From: an uncultured cyanobacterium
Lineage (GTDB): Bacteria; Cyanobacteriota; Cyanobacteriia; PCC-9006; JAAUQQ01
DNA: 64,000 nucleotides
Direction: 5' to 3'
Assembly (NCBI GenBank): GCA_963718615.1
Contig: OY970368.1
Location: 3,552,001 to 3,616,000, forward strand
Each line of letters starts with the position of its first letter. Position 1 is the stretch's first letter. The notes under the pieces are model-generated. The model saw nothing but the letters and a program-made list of their open reading frames with translations, was not told the origin of the DNA and did not search any database. The translations under genes and the position numbers were made by a program. Of the stretch, positions 31,324-37,033 are shown piece after piece.

Positions 31324-31809
31324 TTACCGCCACTGCTGTTCTCTTAACTGCCTAACCCAAGCTGTACTATCCTCTAGCTCTGGGCGATCTTTCCACATTC
31401 CCACAAACGCCAATCCCTCTAGATCTAAAGGCCGAGATTGCTGGTTCAATCTCTGACTCAAAGCATCATCTTCGTCAGCATCTTCACTGGACTCATCATC
31501 ATGATGCCAAGCAATCACTGAATCAATCTCCGTTTTGTGGGATCGATAATAGGCTTGCACCGCAAACAGATCAAACGGAGTTAACCCTGGAAAATTTTCA
31601 AGCAATTCGTCCTCATCCATACCTTGCTGAACCAAAGAAACCAACGTCCAAACCGCAACTCGCGTATTGCGCAAACAAGCATATCCGCCCGCCACACCCG
31701 GCGTTTTGCGAATCATATGATTGATAATGACCTCTTGAAATAAAGCATAGTCATCCTGGGGCAAAGCAACCACCGCATCGACCAAAGACTCCACCAGTTT
31801 CGGATTCAT
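31324..31809 (-). CDS. DUF433 protein fused to a DUF2281-like antitoxin tail (cassette B)
   Basis: KTPGVAGGYACLRNTRVAVW (DUF433); tail FVGMWKDRPELEDSTAWVRQLRE; ATGA overlap with the upstream MTase fragment. Confidence 0.8.
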   Translation of the reverse strand: MNPKLVESLVDAVVALPQDDYALFQEVIINHMIRKTPGVAGGYACLRNTRVAVWTLVSLVQQGMDEDELLENFPGLTPFDLFAVQAYYRSHKTEIDSVIAWHHDDESSEDADEDDALSQRLNQQSRPLDLEGLAFVGMWKDRPELEDSTAWVRQLREQQWR

Positions 31810-32621
31810 CGCCGTTTCCCTCCCGAAGTTCCTTGCTTAAAAATATGCACCACACTCACCACCACCGCCGCCAAACCGGGCCATTTATAGCGCCGCGTCG
31901 CATTGTAGATCGTCCCCCCATTTTGGCAGACAAACCGTAACCCCGTGCTGCGCGTGTCTCCCTGGGCGATCGTATTCGTGGCAATCAACCCATAGGCTCC
32001 GCCTACCCGAATAATCTCAAAGGCCCGCCGAAAGAAATAAGCCACCAAATCCGCATTGCCATGGGACTCTGGATAGCCTTCCTTCAAATAGTCCAAATAG
32101 CCTTCCGCGTTGCCATTGATGGTTGTGTTCTTTCCTGCAAACGGCGGATTCCCCACGATCGCATCAAACCCGCCATTCTCCCGAGCAAACACCTCCGGAA
32201 ACTCCACCTCCCAACTAAACGGAACCACCGGCTTCTCCCGCTCCCGCAACTGCCCCGCGATCGCCACCATCCGCTCCGGCTGCGATCGCACCACCTGGCT
32301 ATACTCCGACACCAACAATTCCCGATCCTTCTTACTCTTGCCAAAACCATCGAAGGTTGCCGCGATCGCCACATCCCCCTGCATCCGCACCTGCAACAAC
32401 TTCGCTTCCGCATCCTGCCACTGCCGATACTTCAAATCCGCATCCCCATCCGACAACGTATCCCCCGACTGAATCTTCGACCTCAACACCGTCGCCGCCA
32501 AAATCTGCTCCTGCCCATACTTCATCAACGGCAAATCCTGAATCGGGTCCCGCCCAAAAGCCACAATCTTCTTCCGCGTCAGCCCCACCAACAAATCCAC
32601 ACACTTAAATGCATGGTCCAT
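31806..32621 (-). pseudogene. 5'-truncated duplicate of the drmMI catalytic 3' end (271 aa, intact frame)
   Basis: Near-identical to the last ~265 aa of 37034-39823. Has GNPPF but lacks the SAM-binding motif; GDSL is changed to VDLL. Confidence 0.8.
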
Positions 32622-32634
32622 AAATGTAAATGGC
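31845..32634. repeat. Direct repeat M, copy 1 (MTase 3' region), partner 37055-37844
   Basis: ~790 bp, offset 5210. Near-identical core, more divergent edges. Confidence 0.95.
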
Positions 32635-32698
32635 GGTAGTCCTCTGGCGGTAAGGACTGCACCGCTTCGACAAGGGATTCTACGACTTTGGTGTTCAT
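32579..32698 (-). pseudogene. Truncated third DUF433-antitoxin 5' stub fused out of frame to the MTase fragment
   Basis: MNTKVVESLVEAVQSLPPEDY aligns with MNPKLVESLVDAVVALPQDDY and MSTKFAESLAEAVVALPKEDY, then runs into repeat M and stops after 39 aa. Confidence 0.8.
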
Positions 32699-32756
32699 GG
32701 GCTTTAAGTTGAGAACAAAGGAGGCGATCGCTATCTGCTTCAGAGAAGTTAAGCGG

Positions 32757-33608
32757 CTAATTTCCTCCGTTTAGCTGCCTGAGATAATTGATAAAAGCAA
32801 TCTTTTCTTCATCAGTCATCTCCCGACGACTATTCTTCTGATAGGTTTGCTGAATATGCTGTTGTGCCTGTGGAATATCCCAGCCTGCAAGCTTCATTTC
32901 AATCCGAATTTGCGCATTAAGTGACAACTCAATCACACCAGCAATGAGTTTCCAGCAGGGTTTAGGAGGGCCAGTCCAGTCATCAAATTCATGTGGCAGG
33001 CTCAGGCTCAGGGTAATTAGGCAGGGGCCTTCTGGAACAGAACCCTGATCCAACTGATGCAACAAGATAGTATCAGTGAGGGTGAGTTTATTAAAAGACA
33101 AGCCATTTCTCATAGAAAAAGATCCTTTCCATTGCGTCCCACCATTGCGTCTTCGGGAAGAAATAATTTCGAGTTTATCCGTATATACAAGTTCTAAAGT
33201 CTTACGGTCAGGAAATGATAAGGCTTGCAGATCAGCAATCGGAACATATTTATAGGAGTTGTGGAGAATTGGTGAGCCGAAGTTTATAAATTCGACAACA
33301 TCGTCAACACTTGCTTTTCGCACGAATGTCCAATCACCAGTCAGAATTGAGCGATTTTCACATTCAAAGTCAAAGTCTGGCCCTGTTGTATCTAATGGGA
33401 TTTCCAACACATCCAGTAATTCAACTTCAACAAGCGTGAGCATATTGCCATCATCAATTACGGGCGTCGCACTAGGGACTCTACCGTCTTCAGGATGTTC
33501 ATCAGAAACAGGTCGAATCCATTGCCCTGATGCAGGTTCAATGCCAGCAACGCATCGTTCGCTGTACTTGGCGGAATTGGCCAAGCAAATAATTTGAGTA
33601 AGGCCCAT
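32757..33608 (-). CDS. Dual OB-fold-like protein with short C-terminal helical domain
   Basis: IICLANS.K...RCVAGI...GQWIRPVS, EN......W, C.KLIAGVI, as recalled for DUF488-associated dual-OB proteins; AT-rich. Confidence 0.65.
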   Translation of the reverse strand: MGLTQIICLANSAKYSERCVAGIEPASGQWIRPVSDEHPEDGRVPSATPVIDDGNMLTLVEVELLDVLEIPLDTTGPDFDFECENRSILTGDWTFVRKASVDDVVEFINFGSPILHNSYKYVPIADLQALSFPDRKTLELVYTDKLEIISSRRRNGGTQWKGSFSMRNGLSFNKLTLTDTILLHQLDQGSVPEGPCLITLSLSLPHEFDDWTGPPKPCWKLIAGVIELSLNAQIRIEMKLAGWDIPQAQQHIQQTYQKNSRREMTDEEKIAFINYLRQLNGGN

Positions 33609-33623
33609 GATTTAATACCAAAC

Positions 33624-34091
33624 TTAGAGATGATGAATATCGATGCATCCCCATTTCTCATTCAAATACTCGGCAACCAGGCGTCTGTGGCAGTGATGCG
33701 GCTTGGCCTCGCTACAAAGTAAGCAGCTACTATCCACTAAATCGGGTGACAAAACTTTTTCAATTTCACGTTTGTTCATCAGATCAATGAATTGGCTCTC
33801 ATATATTTGCCATTCACCTTTCTGCTTCTTAAAGGTGTCAAGGATATCTTTAGTAGGGGCTAACTCGGGAATATGGACATACTCAATATTCCCAATTTCT
33901 TTTAGAAAATAAGCGAGGTCGTCGCGCTTAGAGAAACCTGCGAGCTGGGAAACGTTATTCAAGCGCGTATCAATTACGCGACGAACCCCAGACTTGAGTA
34001 GCAGCTCAAAAAACTGTTGGGCTGTTTTTTGGGTAAAGCCAATCGTGAATAGGTCAATGGGTTGAGTCATGGTTGCGTTCAACGTAGGCAA
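33624..34091 (-). CDS. DUF488 family protein
   Basis: FTIGFTQK.A..FF, IDTRLNN.SQLAGF.K, CLLCSE...HHCHRRLVAEYL. Confidence 0.88.
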   Translation of the reverse strand: MPTLNATMTQPIDLFTIGFTQKTAQQFFELLLKSGVRRVIDTRLNNVSQLAGFSKRDDLAYFLKEIGNIEYVHIPELAPTKDILDTFKKQKGEWQIYESQFIDLMNKREIEKVLSPDLVDSSCLLCSEAKPHHCHRRLVAEYLNEKWGCIDIHHL

Positions 34092-34746
34092 TACGATCGC
34101 CCTGACGGGTGTAAGCCTCTTGGATGGCCTCTGCTAGAGAGAGCGGTTTGAGGACAGCGACAGAATGATCGGATATCGAATTGCTGGTAGAGCTATGAAA
34201 CAAACTCAGTTGGGCTGGTTCTGGTGCTTCAATAGGTTGACCGAGGGCATCTGCCAACCCATTTGCTCGGAGCAGACGTTCTTCTAAATGCTGATGTGTC
34301 TCTAGCTCGCCATTGTGCCAGATATGGTTGATGTCTAGGGAGAAGGGCTTTAGATGTTGGCAAACTAAAACAGCGCGATGGCAAGTAAGCGGATCTTTTT
34401 CCGCACACATGAGCGCTACATCGAACTTTTGGCTACCACTGATGACACGATCAATACCTTGAGCAAAGGCACCAGTAGCGGCGATGCGCTCATATAACGC
34501 TTTCCCATCTACATAGCAGCTTTCATCATCAGGACGGGCTCCCAGCTCGCGCCCAAGAAACACGTAACGAATGCCAGCTTTTTGGAGAGCATCTTTCAAA
34601 GGCTTTTGGCAGAAGTGAGGCATGTAGCGGCTATAGGGGGTAGACCGAACATCCGCTAGAGCGGTTACCTCATGCTGCTTGAGCAGGGCAATGAAAGTGT
34701 CAATATCATGATTGGAATGACCAATCGTGTACAACTTGTTTGACAT
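34054..34746 (-). CDS. DUF488 family protein
   Basis: YTIGHSNH, DVRS.PYSR, LG.ELG.R, LMCAEKDPL.CHR. Confidence 0.9.
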   Translation of the reverse strand: MSNKLYTIGHSNHDIDTFIALLKQHEVTALADVRSTPYSRYMPHFCQKPLKDALQKAGIRYVFLGRELGARPDDESCYVDGKALYERIAATGAFAQGIDRVISGSQKFDVALMCAEKDPLTCHRAVLVCQHLKPFSLDINHIWHNGELETHQHLEERLLRANGLADALGQPIEAPEPAQLSLFHSSTSNSISDHSVAVLKPLSLAEAIQEAYTRQGDRIAYVERNHDSTH

Positions 34747-34779
34747 GCTACGGGTTGGGAGGGACTGCCTATGGCCTCA

Positions 34780-34785
34780 ATTATA
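34780..34785 (-). promoter_or_regulatory. Candidate -10 box (TATAAT) for the DUF488 cassette
   Basis: Perfect TATAAT ~35 bp upstream of the ATG at 34746; no clear -35. Confidence 0.35.
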
Positions 34786-34882
34786 GGGAAGTTGCATAGC
34801 AGAAAAGATTTAGCTAGAGTTAAGATCTGAGCTGCTGATGAATCTACGGAGGCGGGTTTGGAGGGGGATCGTTGGACGTATT

Positions 34883-36214
34883 CTAGTCATGGTCAAGTAA
34901 TCCTGGAATAGTCGGAAAGTCAGGGTCGGGGGCTGATTTAGTCCGCTTAGTTTTGCTCTTGGTGGATGTTCCTTTTTGAGAAACCTTCTTCGCCGCCTTG
35001 TGCCCGAGCACCTCTTCCTCGTGGCGGGTTTGGTTGAGGTCGAGGAGGCGGGCGAGGATTTCGTCGTGGATGGCTTCGGGCCAGCGGTAGCGCCAGGGGA
35101 GTTTTTTGCGTTTTTTGAGGCTGGCTTGAATCTGGTTGTCGAAGGTGGCGGCTTCGGCGGGGTCGGCCCAGTGGAGATCGCCGGATGCGATGCGGTCTTG
35201 GAGGTTGGGGGGGAGGTTGTCGGTTTCGATGTCGAGGTAATCGAGGGCGAAGCCGCAGGGGATGTGGCCTTGGTCGTCGGTTTCGAGATGTTCGGTCCAG
35301 CCGTAGGCGGTGAGGACGGCTTGGTCCATTTGGCTGTGGAGGTCGCGGAGGTGGTGGATTTCGGGGTCGGTTTCTTGGGGGTCGTGGAAGCGGTTGTAGG
35401 TGTCGGTGAGACCCTGGTTGTTGCGGATCATGAGGGCGGCGCGGTAGTCGTAGTAGGCTTTGCCGATGGTTTCGAGGGTGGGGTCGGTTTCCCAGTTTTC
35501 GGGGAAGGGGAAGGTTTCGAAGCAGTCGGAGGGGGTGTAGCGGAGTCGATCTTCCAGGGATGAGCCAAAGAAGCGTGTCCAGATTTCGTGGGGGCGGGAT
35601 TGTAGGGCGCAGAAGGCTGAATATGTGTCGAGAGCGCAAACGATCAGAGCTTCAGAAAAAACCATATTTGGGAGCACAAAGGTCAGTCCCCAATTTGGCT
35701 GATGGCGAGAGATGACTAATACCCGATCGCAAGTTGCGATCGCTCTATACAAAGCAATTCGTTTCTCGCAAAAATGCCACCAAAGACGACGATATATTTC
35801 TCGTTTATCTAGTAATCTTTGAGGCTTAACTTTCGCTTCTACGATCGCCATCAACTCCGGCCATCCCCGCGCCTCCTCCTCACTCATCTCGCCAAAGTTA
35901 ATTACATAGCGTCGATGCTCGTGGGTTGGACTACCATTTACCTCAGAACCACCAATGTAAGGGAAAATGCGTTCCTGATTCTTAGGATTTTCCGCAATCA
36001 ATCGCTCCATTTCGGCGAGGCTTGTCGCTTCCGGATTCGTATCATCAAACGTAAATCCCATGCCTAAGACAATGCTGTCTTGAAAACTCTTTTCCGCATT
36101 GGCCAGCAGCACTTTCGGGTTTTCGTGACCGCCCTTGGGAAACAGAAACGCGGTGATTTTTTCGACGGGTTGGCCGTCGAGAATAATTTCGGGTTGATAT
36201 GGCATTGAAATCAT
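34883..36214 (-). CDS. Stand-alone DrmMI C-terminal half / MmeI-like target-recognition subunit, allele A
   Basis: Paralog of 29549-30925; ATGA overlap with the upstream PIN stop. Confidence 0.85.
   Translation of the reverse strand: MISMPYQPEIILDGQPVEKITAFLFPKGGHENPKVLLANAEKSFQDSIVLGMGFTFDDTNPEATSLAEMERLIAENPKNQERIFPYIGGSEVNGSPTHEHRRYVINFGEMSEEEARGWPELMAIVEAKVKPQRLLDKREIYRRLWWHFCEKRIALYRAIATCDRVLVISRHQPNWGLTFVLPNMVFSEALIVCALDTYSAFCALQSRPHEIWTRFFGSSLEDRLRYTPSDCFETFPFPENWETDPTLETIGKAYYDYRAALMIRNNQGLTDTYNRFHDPQETDPEIHHLRDLHSQMDQAVLTAYGWTEHLETDDQGHIPCGFALDYLDIETDNLPPNLQDRIASGDLHWADPAEAATFDNQIQASLKKRKKLPWRYRWPEAIHDEILARLLDLNQTRHEEEVLGHKAAKKVSQKGTSTKSKTKRTKSAPDPDFPTIPGLLDHD
35024..35623. repeat. 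Direct repeat T, copy 2
   Basis: Matches 29720-30319. Confidence 0.95.
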
Positions 36215-36597
36215 CTAATTAGCTTTACGTCATACTGATCGAAGACCTTATCCACACTCACAAGTCCGATATCTTCAACCATCGCCTGAGCAATGATCAA
36301 GCGGTCAAATGGATCGCGATGATGGAAAGGTAACGCTGATACTGTCTTTAGATGCTTTATTTCAATGGGTAATAGAGTGATTTTGTTTATCCTAATTTGC
36401 TCGTTCAAAAACGGTTGAAACTCTTCTTCTAAAGATAACTTTCCAACGCTCACCTTAATTGCAATTTCCCATATACTCGCAATGCTTAGCAAAATATCAA
36501 CCTCAGATTCCAATAGCCTTCTGGTGGTAGAGTCTAGCTGCGGGCTGCGGGCAATAAACCATAGGAAAATATGAGTGTCTATTAATACGCTCATCAC
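36211..36597 (-). CDS. vapC: PIN-domain VapC toxin (cassette A)
   Basis: LIDTHIFLW, SIASIWEIAIK...GKL, HHRDPFDRLIIAQA. Confidence 0.92.
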   Translation of the reverse strand: MMSVLIDTHIFLWFIARSPQLDSTTRRLLESEVDILLSIASIWEIAIKVSVGKLSLEEEFQPFLNEQIRINKITLLPIEIKHLKTVSALPFHHRDPFDRLIIAQAMVEDIGLVSVDKVFDQYDVKLIR

Positions 36598-37028
36598 ATG
36601 TAGTCCTTAAAATCCTCTAGAGGCTCATCAAAATCGGGAGACATCCAGATTTTTCCAGCAGCACTTCCGGCCTGCCGATACGATTGATTAGGCTGATCCA
36701 GTTCATCCCAGTCGTCATTGTGCTGACTGACAATCTCTGCATCAATTTCAGCTTTATTCGCCTGATAGTAAGCTCGCATGGCTAAAAGATCGAAGCGAGT
36801 TAAGTCGGGATAATTTTGCAGTAGCTCTGCATCGTCCATCCCCTGATTTATAAAAGAAATCAGCAACCATACCGCAATTCGCGTATTCCGAATGCAGGCA
36901 ACACCGCCGACAACACCCGGCGTTTTACGAATCAATTTATTGGTAAGTGTCTCTTGGAATAAGTCATAGTCTTCTTTGGGCAAAGCCACTACAGCCTCAG
37001 CTAGCGATTCCGCAAATTTCGTACTCAT
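36594..37028 (-). CDS. DUF433 protein fused to a VapB/DUF2281-like antitoxin tail (cassette A)
   Basis: ATG 37028 follows an AAGGAGG RBS inside the MTase end. KTPGVVGGVACIRNTRIAVW; tail RQAGSAAGKIWMSPDFDEPLEDFKDYM overlaps the PIN start. Confidence 0.82.
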   Translation of the reverse strand: MSTKFAESLAEAVVALPKEDYDLFQETLTNKLIRKTPGVVGGVACIRNTRIAVWLLISFINQGMDDAELLQNYPDLTRFDLLAMRAYYQANKAEIDAEIVSQHNDDWDELDQPNQSYRQAGSAAGKIWMSPDFDEPLEDFKDYM

Positions 37029-37033
37029 ACGCG

